Assembly: GCA_026413945.1 (NCBI GenBank) | Contig: JAOAJX010000001.1 | Span: 128,001 to 192,000 of the forward strand | Length of the DNA stretch: 64,000 nt | Source of the DNA: Candidatus Iainarchaeum sp. | Lineage (GTDB): Archaea; Iainarchaeota; Iainarchaeia; Iainarchaeales; DTGL01 | Direction: 5' to 3' | Shown here: one piece after another, positions 20,176 to 30,650 of the stretch | Layout: each line of letters begins with the position of its first letter | Numbering within the stretch: the first letter of the stretch is position 1 | Notes under the pieces: model-generated | Told to the model about the DNA's origin: nothing | Seen by the model: the letters and a program-made list of their open reading frames with translations, nothing else | The model's database searches: none | Program-made: the position numbers and the translations under genes

Positions 20176-21579
20176 TTAAATCTTACGTGTATTTTCCAAT
20201 ATTTTTTCAGCCTCTTTTTCGTCAACGCCAAAATAAATCAGCTTCTTATAAAGCATTTTAGTTATTTCGGCTAGCTTTTTTTCGCTTTTTGCTTCAGCTC
20301 TCACAATAAGTTTTGCACTTGTATTACTTGCCCTAACCAAAAACCAACCATCTTCCAAAATAACACGCGCACCGTCAATGCTTATTACCTCATACTCTTT
20401 GTCAAAATAATCTTTCATATCTTCAACAATTTTCCATTTTTTTAACTCTTCACAAGAAAGCCTTATCTCAGGTGTTATATAGTATCTTGGAAATTCTGAA
20501 ATCATCTCACTAAGTGATTTGCTTGAGCTACAAACAATTTCACAAAGCTTCAGTGAAGCATAAATTGCGTCATCAAATCCAAAATAATTTTCCCGAAAAA
20601 ACATATGCCCAGACATTTCACCAGCAAGCAAAGCGTTTTCATCAACCATTTTCTTTTTTATAAGGGAATGCCCTGTTTTATACATTATCGGGATTCCGCC
20701 GTTTTTTCTTATTATTTCAGGCAGAGCCTCTGAGCACTTAACCTCAAAAACAACTTTTGCCCCTTTCTTTCTGTCGAGCAAATCTTTTGCAAATAATGCT
20801 AGTAAGTAATCGCCTGCAATTATGTTACCTTTCTCATCAACAGAACCAATGCGGTCAGCATCACCATCAAAAGCGAGGCCAATATCTGCCTTAATCCTGC
20901 GAACCTCTTTAATCAAATGCCTGAGGTTTTCTGCTTCTACCGGATCAGGGTGATGATTTGGGAAACTCCCGTCAGATTTACAAAAGAGGAACTTTGCTTT
21001 ACAACCAGCGCCTTCAAAAACTTCTTCTGCAACTAAAGAAGAGCAGCCATTGCCACAGTCAACTACAACATCAATCGGTTGGCTTATTTTGATCCTTTTA
21101 AGGATATTTTCAATATAATTTTCTAATACATCTGCCTTTTCCAGATTTCCTTTCCCATGCTCAAAATCTTCTCCTATAACCATATCCTTTATCTGCCTAA
21201 TCTGCTCACCATACATAGTTAGCGCATCTTTTGATGCGCTTAGCTTAAGCCCATTAAAATTTTTTTCCAAATGAGAGCCAGTTATCATTGCTCCGCCATC
21301 CGCTTTTAGATGTATTATGGAAAAATATAACGCGGGTATAGGCACTAAGCCAATTGATATAACATTGCAACCGCTCTCAAGAACTCCTTTGCAAAAAGCA
21401 TTCATTATTCTATCACTGCTTTCCCTATCATCTTTGCCAACCACAACTTCTTGCCCAGAATTTCTAAGCACAATGGTTCCAAAGGCTCTACCAATAGCAT
21501 AAACAGTTCTATCATTTAATTCATTTGCTTCACCACGAATATCATATTCGCGGAATATTTCTGCTCTAATTTTCAGCAT
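20176..21579 (-). CDS. Phosphomannomutase/phosphoglucomutase
   Basis: FREYDIRG, ITGSH, FDGDADR, GEMSGH, RASNT. Confidence 0.93.
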   Translation of the reverse strand: MLKIRAEIFREYDIRGEANELNDRTVYAIGRAFGTIVLRNSGQEVVVGKDDRESSDRIMNAFCKGVLESGCNVISIGLVPIPALYFSIIHLKADGGAMITGSHLEKNFNGLKLSASKDALTMYGEQIRQIKDMVIGEDFEHGKGNLEKADVLENYIENILKRIKISQPIDVVVDCGNGCSSLVAEEVFEGAGCKAKFLFCKSDGSFPNHHPDPVEAENLRHLIKEVRRIKADIGLAFDGDADRIGSVDEKGNIIAGDYLLALFAKDLLDRKKGAKVVFEVKCSEALPEIIRKNGGIPIMYKTGHSLIKKKMVDENALLAGEMSGHMFFRENYFGFDDAIYASLKLCEIVCSSSKSLSEMISEFPRYYITPEIRLSCEELKKWKIVEDMKDYFDKEYEVISIDGARVILEDGWFLVRASNTSAKLIVRAEAKSEKKLAEITKMLYKKLIYFGVDEKEAEKILENTRKI

Positions 21580-22543
21580 TTTTGGCCCTTATGTTTTTTC
21601 TATACAAAGTAGCTGCCTCTTCAGGCGAAACTATATTTATTATGCACTCAGTTGCTTCTTCAAAGCCAGCTCTTTGGATGACTCTGGGTGATATGCAAAG
21701 ATGCATATGGAAATCGCCTTTACATGGCATCTGAAAAAAATAATTAAAATCAGCATTAATGCTTTTCAATGCCAACAAGGCTTTCTTTAACACAGATGCG
21801 AACTCATCAATTGTTCCGTCACTCATTTTTCCTATATTTGGGACGTGCTCTCTTGGGAAGATCCAAAGCTCGTAAGCAGCTCTAGACGCAAAAGGAGTAA
21901 AGGCCACTACATTCTTTCCAGAATACACCATGCGTTTAGAGTTTAGCTCTTTTTCTATGGCCTTACAATATGGGCAAATTTTGTGCTTCCTTTTGTAACT
22001 TTCAAAAGCCCGTATTTTTGAGTCAAGCCGCTCAGAAACTCTATTAGTTGCAATTATTTGTGAATGTGCATGTGATAGGCTCGCACCTGCACTCGCACCC
22101 TGGTTTTTGAATATAGTTACTTCTTTTATTCTATTGTCTTTAACTATCTTCACAAACCTTTCTCTATAAACTTTTATAAGATCAGAAATATCTCCCTCCG
22201 GAAGATCGCAAAGGTCTTTTCTATGGTCCGAGGTCTCAATTATAACCTCATGTACGCCAACAGCATCGCACCTTTCCAATAGCATTTCTTTTGTCCAACC
22301 TATCTTTCCCCTCTTTAAGACCGCCGGGAATTTGTTTGGCACAACCCTTATCCTCCAGCTCTTAGCATTTTCTGGATAACGTTTAATTTCGGCTGGTGTC
22401 CAATCCTCATGCTCAGGACAGAATGGACATTTGCTTTTTGGCGATCTTTTTGTAATTGCTTTTAAATGATGTGGTCGCTGGCTTCGTGAAGTTGCAATTA
22501 TAACCCAACTACCTGTTATGTAATCTTTCCTATACTCGTGCAT
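21566..22543 (-). CDS. galT: GalT-family hexose-1-phosphate nucleotidylyltransferase
   Basis: CPFCP, VVPNKFP, HEVIIE, FKNQG..AGASLSHAHSQ (HxHxQ), CPYC. Confidence 0.88.
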   Translation of the reverse strand: MHEYRKDYITGSWVIIATSRSQRPHHLKAITKRSPKSKCPFCPEHEDWTPAEIKRYPENAKSWRIRVVPNKFPAVLKRGKIGWTKEMLLERCDAVGVHEVIIETSDHRKDLCDLPEGDISDLIKVYRERFVKIVKDNRIKEVTIFKNQGASAGASLSHAHSQIIATNRVSERLDSKIRAFESYKRKHKICPYCKAIEKELNSKRMVYSGKNVVAFTPFASRAAYELWIFPREHVPNIGKMSDGTIDEFASVLKKALLALKSINADFNYFFQMPCKGDFHMHLCISPRVIQRAGFEEATECIINIVSPEEAATLYRKNIRAKNAEN

Positions 22544-22566
22544 GATTTATAAAGTGTGTCGAACAA

Positions 22567-23007
22567 TTATAATTCTTTATGTTTTTTTATTTTTCCCAGT
22601 CTATCTAAAAAAATATTTGCCTTTTTAAGTACTTCGGCCGAATTACTAAAAGTAATCTTTTCTAGGGCTTTTTTGCAAGATAACCATTCATATCCAATAT
22701 GCTCATCCGAAAGATAAACTTCCTTAGTTTTACTCTCAACAAGGAAAAAAATAACCTCTTTCTTTACAACCTGACCTTTCTCGATAAATGAGTAACTTAT
22801 TCTTTTGCGGAATCCACAAATAATCTCGAAATCAGAAATACCTGTTTCTTCCAAAAGCTCTCTTAGCATTGCCTCTTGTTCGCTTTCACCTTTCTCAACA
22901 TGTCCTTTTGGAAAATCCCAGTGGCCTTTAGCATAATGAAGAACCAAGAAAACCCTTGGCTTAGAGTCAAAGAAAACTATTGCGCCTGCACTTTTTTCTT
23001 TTTTCAT
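22567..23007 (-). CDS. Nudix hydrolase, Ap4A hydrolase-like
   Basis: EKSAGA, HWDFPKGHVEKGESEQEAMLRELLEETG, LSDEH..YEW. Confidence 0.88.
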   Translation of the reverse strand: MKKEKSAGAIVFFDSKPRVFLVLHYAKGHWDFPKGHVEKGESEQEAMLRELLEETGISDFEIICGFRKRISYSFIEKGQVVKKEVIFFLVESKTKEVYLSDEHIGYEWLSCKKALEKITFSNSAEVLKKANIFLDRLGKIKKHKEL

Positions 23008-23017
23008 ATAAACATCA

Positions 23018-23731
23018 CTATTCTATAAATTGCCTGTATTCAAAGCGATTGAACTTATAGAGCAGCCGCCTTATTTTAATACCATTAACTGAGAAGTCTT
23101 GAAAAAGATTGAAAATATCACCCGAAAAATCTTCAAATTCATGGTTTTGCGTAGCATCTAAAAAATATGTCTTGTTTTTGTAGTCAAACATAACAAACGC
23201 ATGCGTCCTAAGATCTTCTAATTCTGCTATCGTTACACTTGCATTTTCACAACCAAGAGCATAAAGTATTGAGCAAAGGAAAACAGCCATATCCTCATCA
23301 TCAGCTATTTTATTTGACAGTATTTCAGTAGGCGTTAACCAAAAATTAATATCAACATCAGGACTAACAAAAGCAACCTCTCTCTTAACAAAGTCAAATG
23401 CCTTTTTTGCTGCAAAAAGAAAGTCTTTTTCATATTGGTAATTATCTTTTTTAAACTCTTCAGCTAGTGACTGAACTGTCAAATCATCTTTGTTTATAAG
23501 GCCTTTAATCTCACCAACTGTTTTGGTTTCCCTCTCGTTTATCATGGGGGCATATTTCTTTAGCAAAAGTCGATAAAGTTTTAGCTTTAATCCTTTATCT
23601 GAAAATTCGAATATGTTAGAAGAACCCACCTTGGCTTTAAGATCAGCAATATGTCTATCCTTTTCTTTTATTTCTTTTTGAAGCTTAGAGATCTTTGATC
23701 TGAGTTCAACACAATCCTTACAGTTAGCCAT
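23018..23731 (-). CDS. Coiled-coil plus degenerate transglutaminase-like domain protein
   Basis: FWLTPTE..ADDEDMAVFLCSIL..HAFV..FLDAT resembles the TGase GDCED/H/D core with Cys replaced; start uncertain (23731 or 23791). Confidence 0.55.
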   Translation of the reverse strand: MANCKDCVELRSKISKLQKEIKEKDRHIADLKAKVGSSNIFEFSDKGLKLKLYRLLLKKYAPMINERETKTVGEIKGLINKDDLTVQSLAEEFKKDNYQYEKDFLFAAKKAFDFVKREVAFVSPDVDINFWLTPTEILSNKIADDEDMAVFLCSILYALGCENASVTIAELEDLRTHAFVMFDYKNKTYFLDATQNHEFEDFSGDIFNLFQDFSVNGIKIRRLLYKFNRFEYRQFIE

Positions 23732-23856
23732 ATATACATAATTAGATGCGAAAGCCCTTAAAACTATTTCCATTCTGCCTTCTGTGAGCATGGCTTATTT
23801 ATTGTTCATTTACATAAAAACATATTTTTTTAAATGAGAGAACCTAATTTAGATAC

Positions 23857-24657
23857 ATGGCAACTGTTGCTAAAATATTTGATAAAAACAAACTTAAAAA
23901 AGCACTCAGGCGCTTTAGGCACCAAAAACTTAAAGAAATAGATTCTGAAATAATGCAAAAGGTTCCATTTAAAGATTTTGAAAAAATAACTAAAAGCGAG
24001 ATAAAAAAGATGAAAAATCTTTGCTTCAAAAACAGAAGCGAGCAGCTTGGCTATGAAATGCTCGCAAACATTTGCAATGAACTGCTAAAACAAAACAAAT
24101 CACAAATAATATTTCTCGAATCCATTGAAATTACTCTTAAAAATGATTTTTTGAATAGGTCAATAACAATAAGAGAATACCGCGAGATGGTTTTTCCAAT
24201 AAGAGAAAAGATTGAATACTTGAAATGCAAAAACACAGAGCTCGAAAAAACACTTTCTGAGGCCCTGGATGGTCTAGCACTATTCAAAAGGCTACCTAGT
24301 TTTGTCAGTGCTATGCATGAAAGAAAAACCGCTGCAGCTAAAACAAGTTTGACACTGTGTGGAATATTTGAAAAGATAAAAATTGATCAGCTTTCAAACT
24401 TGGAAAAAGAAATAATGCTAAAATATGGGCTTACAGAACAAGATATGAAAAAATTTACAAAAAAATCAAAAACACCAAATCTTAGCATTTATGAACTCGA
24501 GAAAAAAATTAAACGCGCTCTTTCACTAGCTGATAGAAATGAGTTGATTCTAAACAGAGAAAGAGAGCGAGTAGCCGAGCTCTTAGCTGAGCTTAGGAGA
24601 CATAAAAAAGGCAAAATCAACAAGAAATCCAGAAAAATTTCCGTTATCTTGCTTTGA
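23857..24657 (+). CDS. Hypothetical basic coiled-coil protein
   Basis: 266-aa ORF with ATG start, no recognised motif. Confidence 0.6.
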   Translation: MATVAKIFDKNKLKKALRRFRHQKLKEIDSEIMQKVPFKDFEKITKSEIKKMKNLCFKNRSEQLGYEMLANICNELLKQNKSQIIFLESIEITLKNDFLNRSITIREYREMVFPIREKIEYLKCKNTELEKTLSEALDGLALFKRLPSFVSAMHERKTAAAKTSLTLCGIFEKIKIDQLSNLEKEIMLKYGLTEQDMKKFTKKSKTPNLSIYELEKKIKRALSLADRNELILNRERERVAELLAELRRHKKGKINKKSRKISVILL

Positions 24658-25138
24658 ACTTTTTATATAACGTCTCTTGAACATTTTCAGGTACAAGATC
24701 TTTTAAGCAAGCACCCATTGATGCAAGCTCCTTTACCGTGCTAGAATTCACATAAAAATACTTGGGGCTTGTCATGATAAAAACAGTGTCAATATCCTCA
24801 CATAGCTTCCTATTTATAATGGCTTGCTGAAACTCATAGCTAAAGTCGCTCATCTCACGAAGGCCTCTCACTATAGCTTTTGCACCTCTTTTTATCATAT
24901 AATTCACTAAAAGACCATCAAAAGAATCAACTTCTACATTTTTTATATAAGCCAATGCATCTCTTGCCATTCTTACTCGCTCTTCAACTGTAAAAACTGG
25001 TTGCTTTCTTGGATTGTTTGTTATGGCAACTATAACCTTATCAAAAATATTGCTAGCTCTTTTTATAACATCAATATGGCCTAAAGTTATTGGATCAAAA
25101 GTGCCAGGATAAACCGCAACCCTTACTCTTTCTCTCAA
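24644..25138 (-). CDS. coaD: Phosphopantetheine adenylyltransferase, bacterial type
   Basis: AVYPGTFDPITLGHID, VRGLR..DFSYE, SSTVKE. Confidence 0.95.
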   Translation of the reverse strand: MRERVRVAVYPGTFDPITLGHIDVIKRASNIFDKVIVAITNNPRKQPVFTVEERVRMARDALAYIKNVEVDSFDGLLVNYMIKRGAKAIVRGLREMSDFSYEFQQAIINRKLCEDIDTVFIMTSPKYFYVNSSTVKELASMGACLKDLVPENVQETLYKKFKAR

Positions 25139-25695
25139 GATCTCACCTTTGCAATAATTTCTCTGGCAATTCTTTTTAATTGTTTTTTGCTTTTATCCCC
25201 ATTAACTACAAAATTAGCTTTTTTTATTTTTTGATAAAGAGGCATTTGCGACCTTATCCTTAAAATTGCCTCTTCTTTAGAATACCCGCGCTTAATAAGG
25301 CGTTCCATTTGCTTTTTTCTTGAAGCACGAACTACAACAACATAATCAAAAAGATTTTCAATGGACCCCTCATACAGTAAAGGGGCTTCAACAAAGATTG
25401 TTTCATTTCTTTTCAAAGAAGCAAGCTCTTTCTTCAATTTTCTCAATATCCGTGGCTGCAAAATGCTTTCAAGAATCTTTCTTTTTTCATAGTCTTTAAA
25501 TACAATCTTTGCAATCTCCTTTTGCTCAGCAGTTCCAAAGCTGCGCTTAAGTTCTTTTTTCACAATAGGCATGTCATAAACGCTCTTTGCAATATCATCA
25601 CAATCAATACATTTTTCGCCAAGCTCAATTAATTCAGCCATAAGCGCACTTTTCCCACATGCAATATTTCCAGTTATAGCAATTTTCATCATCAT
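25135..25695 (-). CDS. coaE: Dephospho-CoA kinase, bacterial type
   Basis: IAITGNIACGKS, IDCDDIA, EAPLLYE, RIRSQMP. Confidence 0.93.
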   Translation of the reverse strand: MMMKIAITGNIACGKSALMAELIELGEKCIDCDDIAKSVYDMPIVKKELKRSFGTAEQKEIAKIVFKDYEKRKILESILQPRILRKLKKELASLKRNETIFVEAPLLYEGSIENLFDYVVVVRASRKKQMERLIKRGYSKEEAILRIRSQMPLYQKIKKANFVVNGDKSKKQLKRIAREIIAKVRS

Positions 25696-26981
25696 TACCT
25701 TAGAGTTATCTCGTAACCAAAAATAGTAGAAAGCATTTTTGAAAGTTCTGCCTTTTTACTTTCAAATTCTTTGTTTGAGGTTAGAATATTATCTCTAGTT
25801 TTATCAATCTCAAGCAAAATATCTTTAAGGTCCCTTTCAGCCCTAGAAATCTCGCCTTTATGCTGCGATATTTGTAAACCTATTTTGTTATTCCTAAGCT
25901 CTTTTTCAATTTGTAATATTCTTGCATCAATCTCATTAATAGGCCAAAAATACTCGCCAAAAAAGTCTTCCTTCAACAGCTTTTCGATAATGGGTAACTG
26001 TTGTTTCTTCTCTTTGTCATCAAGCTTTAATGTGCCTACCTCAACCGCATTTTTTAGCTCACCCAAAACTTCTTTTATAGTATTTCCTTTAGGATCCGAC
26101 TTCAAAGCAGTATCAAGATCTTTAATAATCTTTTCAATGTTTTTCATCTTCTCATGGTTAATTTCATAGTTGCCCTTTTTACATATGCTATAAAACTTCT
26201 TCAGGAGTCGTCCAACTGATAGAAAATCGCCGACCAGATGCTCTTTTATTTCAACCTTTCTTTTTTGCAATTTTTCCATCTCTTCCTGTAATGAAAGAGC
26301 TTTCTTTGCTTGTTCTGAATCAAGTAATGTGTTGAGCTGCGATCTTAATGAACCAATGTGCTCTTCAATAACCTTTCTTTTTTCTTCAAGTTCTTTCAAT
26401 CTTGACTCAAGCACAACTATTTTTTGTTGGCTATTCTCAACATCTAAAATCTTTGAGTCAATAGTATTAGAGAAAAGCAACCCATTTTCTTCAATGATTT
26501 TTCCTAAAGCGTTCAATTTGCTCGAAATAGAATCTAAGCGCCTTCCAATTTCATACATGCTTTTTGGAACGCCTGCTGAAGCATAAGCTATGTTTCTTCT
26601 GCTTCTAAATACACTCTTTTGAATGGCAGCACTGGCTGCTTCATAGTACTCTTTGATCTTAATTACATCAGATTCTAATGGCGGTTCCAGTTTATCTAAC
26701 AGAGGCCTTATGCTATTAATAAATCCCTTCTTGCTTGTCTGAACAATTTTTTTAAAAGGCCCATCTTCAATGTCGGGAAGTTCTTTTTCTAATTCGACAA
26801 AAGTAGCACGTGCCTCAGCAACATCAATTTTTATATCAGAAATAATGCTTTGCAACTCTTTTCTTATGCTTTTTTTGAGCCTTTCTTCATTGAGCATCTT
26901 TTTTGCTTCATTAATGCCTATCTTTGCAACCTTCTTTTTTTGCCTAAAAAAGAAGCCGATTATATTTTTCAAAAAGCCCAT
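25695..26981 (-). CDS. Hypothetical long coiled-coil protein
   Basis: 428-aa E/K/L-rich heptad ORF abutting coaE. Confidence 0.7.
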   Translation of the reverse strand: MGFLKNIIGFFFRQKKKVAKIGINEAKKMLNEERLKKSIRKELQSIISDIKIDVAEARATFVELEKELPDIEDGPFKKIVQTSKKGFINSIRPLLDKLEPPLESDVIKIKEYYEAASAAIQKSVFRSRRNIAYASAGVPKSMYEIGRRLDSISSKLNALGKIIEENGLLFSNTIDSKILDVENSQQKIVVLESRLKELEEKRKVIEEHIGSLRSQLNTLLDSEQAKKALSLQEEMEKLQKRKVEIKEHLVGDFLSVGRLLKKFYSICKKGNYEINHEKMKNIEKIIKDLDTALKSDPKGNTIKEVLGELKNAVEVGTLKLDDKEKKQQLPIIEKLLKEDFFGEYFWPINEIDARILQIEKELRNNKIGLQISQHKGEISRAERDLKDILLEIDKTRDNILTSNKEFESKKAELSKMLSTIFGYEITLR

Positions 26982-27076
26982 ACAAAAGAATAATGCAAAG
27001 GAGTAAATATATTTAACCTTTTTATTGGAAAATAGCCTGATAAATATTTTAAAGAACCAACATTTAAATTAGATAA

Positions 27077-28513
27077 ATGGAATGCAAAAATAACAAACAA
27101 ATAGCAACTATTACTAAACACGCAGAGATACTTGCAAACAAGATATCTTCTCATAACAGAATAATAATTGTCCATCATTATGATGCTGATGGCATTGCTA
27201 GCGCAGCAATATTGGCAAAGGCGCTTCAGGATTCCGGAAAAACCTTTTCAGAAATATCAATAAAGCAACTCTACAAGGATAGTTTAAATGAAATACTCAA
27301 AAAAGGAGAGCCAAAAGAAGATTTTTTTATTTTTGCTGATTTTGGCTCTTCACACTTAAATGATATTGAAGATTTCTTTGGTAACAATTTTGCAATCATA
27401 GACCACCATCAGCCAAAGTGCCCAAGATCAGATAACTTTTTGAATTGTTGGCATTTCGGCCTTGACGGATCAACTGAAGCATGTGCTGCTTCACTATCCT
27501 ATATTTTGGCAAAATCATTAACTAAGCCCGAAGCTTTAGCAAATTTTGCTCCTTTGGCCATAGTTGGTGCACTTGGTGATATTCAAGATAGTGTGGGTGC
27601 ATTAAAAGGTCTTAACAAAGCAATCCTTGATGAAGCAAAGTACAAAGGCAGTATAAAGATTACAAAGGATTTAAGACTATATGGGCGCTACACACGACCT
27701 TTGATACAGTTTATAGTCTACTCTACTGATCCAATAATCCCAGGATTAACAGGCAATGAGGAAAACACAACCAAATTTTTGCTTGCGAACGGCTTTGAGC
27801 TAAAGCGTAATGGGGTTTGGCTTTGCTATGAAAACCTATCATTTGAAGAAAAGCAAAAGCTCGCAACTGCATTGATCATTTACATGCGTTCCATAGATAT
27901 GCCGGAATGGAAAATAAATCGCCTAGTAGGGGAAGTTTACACATTAACAGAAGAACCAGTCGGGCCTCTTAAGGATGCAAAGGAATTTGCAACATTGCTC
28001 AATGCTTGTGGCAGAAATAATTGCCCAGAAATTGGCTTCGAGATTTGTTTGGGTGATAGGGGCTATTTTTATGAGCAAGCTTTAAGCATATTGGCTGAAC
28101 ATAGAAAAAAACTTCGCGAAGGTCTTGAGCTCATGCTAGAAGAAGGGCTTCAGGAAGCACGGCACTTTTACTATTTTAATGCTGGTAGCCGCATAAAAGA
28201 TTCATTGATAGGCATAATAGCTGGAATGCTCTATTCCAGTAATTTAATCTCAAAAGAGAAACCAATAATTGCTTTTGCCAACCAAGATGATGGCTTTGTT
28301 AAGGTTAGCGCTAGAGCAACCCACGAGCTCACTGAAAAAGGATTAAATCTCGGGCTTTTGATGAGGTCTTGCAGTGAAGAGCTCGGATTTGACTCCGAAG
28401 GTGGTGGACACCAAATCGCGGCAGGTGCAAAGATACCTAAAGATAAACTAAACGAATTTATAGAATTGCTAGACGAGAAATTGGATAAGAAAAACAAGTT
28501 TATTAAACATTAG
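27077..28513 (+). CDS. RecJ-like DHH family phosphoesterase/exonuclease
   Basis: HHYDADG, FADFG, IIDHH, GALGD, LNACGR, VSAR, GGGHQIAAG. Confidence 0.9.
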   Translation: MECKNNKQIATITKHAEILANKISSHNRIIIVHHYDADGIASAAILAKALQDSGKTFSEISIKQLYKDSLNEILKKGEPKEDFFIFADFGSSHLNDIEDFFGNNFAIIDHHQPKCPRSDNFLNCWHFGLDGSTEACAASLSYILAKSLTKPEALANFAPLAIVGALGDIQDSVGALKGLNKAILDEAKYKGSIKITKDLRLYGRYTRPLIQFIVYSTDPIIPGLTGNEENTTKFLLANGFELKRNGVWLCYENLSFEEKQKLATALIIYMRSIDMPEWKINRLVGEVYTLTEEPVGPLKDAKEFATLLNACGRNNCPEIGFEICLGDRGYFYEQALSILAEHRKKLREGLELMLEEGLQEARHFYYFNAGSRIKDSLIGIIAGMLYSSNLISKEKPIIAFANQDDGFVKVSARATHELTEKGLNLGLLMRSCSEELGFDSEGGGHQIAAGAKIPKDKLNEFIELLDEKLDKKNKFIKH

Positions 28514-28529
28514 ACACAATATTAAAATT

Positions 28530-29594
28530 ATGGCTTATGATGCTATGAAACTAATCAGCAAAAGGAAAGAAATTATTGATAAAGAGCTTGAAGCATTATT
28601 TCCAAGGTATGCTAAAGAGTGGATTGAGAGAGCATTGGGAAAGCCAAAATATTTTTATGATACTAGAACAGTGCAATACGGATTAACTGAGCAGATCTGG
28701 GAGTTTCTTAATAGGGGTGGAAAGCGTTGGAGACCAGCACTTATGATTTCAGCATGCAAGGCCCTAAATGGTCCGGAAAAATTAGCTGCAAAATTTTCTC
28801 CACTAATAGAGTTTGTCCATGAGGGTACGCTGCTGGTTGATGATGTTGAAGACAATGCTGATTTAAGGCGCGGAAAACCAGCAATGCATAAAATCTATGG
28901 CATTGACTGTGCAGTCAACACCGGCAATGCAATGTATTTCATACCACTTGAAATACTTTACAAAAATGAACTTAAACTTACTGAAAAAAAGATTGTGGAA
29001 ATATACAACATATACGCCCAAGAGATGCTAAGGCTAAGTGTTGGACAAGCAATGGATATTTGGTGGCATAAGGGAAAAAACAAAGCAATAAGCGAACCCG
29101 CTTACCTGCAGATGTGTGCTTATAAAACAGGTGTGCTTGCAAGATTTGCAGCTAAGCTTGGTGCCATACTTGCTGATGCTAAAAGGTCACAAGTGGAAGC
29201 ATTAGGCAACTTTGGTGAAGCCTTAGGTGTCGCTTTTCAGATACAAGATGATATTCTAAACATTGCTCCAAAAAGCGAGCATTGGGGTAAAGAAATAGGT
29301 GAAGACATAAGCGAAGGTAAACGCACACTTTTAATTATAAGGGCAAAAAAGGTTTTGCCGAAGAGAGAAGCAAAGTTGCTAGAATCAATACTTAATTCAC
29401 ATACAAAAAACAAAAAAAAGATACTAAAGGCAATTGCATTAATAAAAAAATCTGATGCAGTAGTTTATTCAGCAAAAAAAGCCAGACTCATAGTTGAAAA
29501 AGCATGGGCTGATCTCGAGAAAAAGATTCCTGAGAATGAAGGCAAACAAGAGCTAAAGGCATTTGCCGATTTCGCAATAAATAGGAATATCTAA
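28530..29594 (+). CDS. Polyprenyl (probably geranylgeranyl) diphosphate synthase
   Basis: GGKRWRP, VDDVED..LRRG, GQAMD, YKT, FQIQDD, EGKRT. Confidence 0.92.
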   Translation: MAYDAMKLISKRKEIIDKELEALFPRYAKEWIERALGKPKYFYDTRTVQYGLTEQIWEFLNRGGKRWRPALMISACKALNGPEKLAAKFSPLIEFVHEGTLLVDDVEDNADLRRGKPAMHKIYGIDCAVNTGNAMYFIPLEILYKNELKLTEKKIVEIYNIYAQEMLRLSVGQAMDIWWHKGKNKAISEPAYLQMCAYKTGVLARFAAKLGAILADAKRSQVEALGNFGEALGVAFQIQDDILNIAPKSEHWGKEIGEDISEGKRTLLIIRAKKVLPKREAKLLESILNSHTKNKKKILKAIALIKKSDAVVYSAKKARLIVEKAWADLEKKIPENEGKQELKAFADFAINRNI

Positions 29595-29600
29595 GCTTAA

Positions 29601-30614
29601 CTAATCTGATTCTTGCTCTATTATCTCAATAACATCTAATTCAACACACTCACACTTAGTCCCAATAATTTCTGAAATGCTCGGCTTTGTGCGCAAATTA
29701 TCCCCTGAGATGAATTCTTTTACATAAAGGCCAGAATCAGCAACAATTTCTATAATTAAAGAATTGCCTTCAATATGTGCAGATCTTACTTCAGCCTTCT
29801 TTTTTCTGACCAAATCCGGGCGTCTCCTTAAAACACGCAATGGTGTTCTTTGCTTTATTTCGTATTTTCCAATTACAATATCGGTTTTTTCCAAAGGCCC
29901 CTCACAAACTACCTTTGCTCTATAAACTTTTCTGCTTTTTTTAGATTTAATATGCACAACATAATCTTTTTCACAGTACTCTAAGCCAAAAACTTCAATT
30001 TTTTCCTTTTCACAATTGTTTATTTTTGCTTCTAACCATTTTAGGTCAACAGACCTTTTCTTCGGACTTATAATTTGCATAACAAACTCCCTGCCATTAC
30101 CAAGCATCCTTACATCCGCATCCTCCCTACCAGCACCATGCATTTTAGCACCCTCCGCATCAAAAGCAGGGATGAGGTGCTTTGAAATTAGTTCCTCTAC
30201 CGATTCATTGCTTAAAGTGCCAACACCTTTGCACTCTTCACAGCCAGAGCCCTTGCATCTGAAGCAGTAATGCTTTGTTTGGTAAATTTTAGCGTATTTT
30301 TTGTATCTTCCTTTCACATAAACAGAGTGAACAAGAAAGTATACTAAGTCTTGGTTAAAGTTTATCAAAATCTCAATATCAGGCCTTAAGTAATCTGCTT
30401 TCTTCCCAAGAGATTCTTCTAATCTCCTTACTATTAATGGCTGAAATTCTTTTCTCAAAATTTCTTTTCCTTCGTTGCTCAAATAATCTTCAAAGGTGCA
30501 ACCAACAAGGAAACCGCTAAAATCATACTCTTCTAAAGCCTTTGATATTTTGGAGCAAAGTTTTTCTATTAATTCATGGTTAAAGCCATCAAACTCAAAC
30601 CTTATTGGTTCCAT
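29601..30614 (-). CDS. pus10: tRNA pseudouridine(54/55) synthase Pus10
   Basis: GRYKK, HGAGREDADVRMLGNGR, QRTPLRV..RR, GLYVKEFISGD..RTKPS. Confidence 0.93.
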   Translation of the reverse strand: MEPIRFEFDGFNHELIEKLCSKISKALEEYDFSGFLVGCTFEDYLSNEGKEILRKEFQPLIVRRLEESLGKKADYLRPDIEILINFNQDLVYFLVHSVYVKGRYKKYAKIYQTKHYCFRCKGSGCEECKGVGTLSNESVEELISKHLIPAFDAEGAKMHGAGREDADVRMLGNGREFVMQIISPKKRSVDLKWLEAKINNCEKEKIEVFGLEYCEKDYVVHIKSKKSRKVYRAKVVCEGPLEKTDIVIGKYEIKQRTPLRVLRRRPDLVRKKKAEVRSAHIEGNSLIIEIVADSGLYVKEFISGDNLRTKPSISEIIGTKCECVELDVIEIIEQESD

Positions 30615-30650
30615 CTTAAAAGTAATGAAAGTAATGTTTATATGCCTGCA

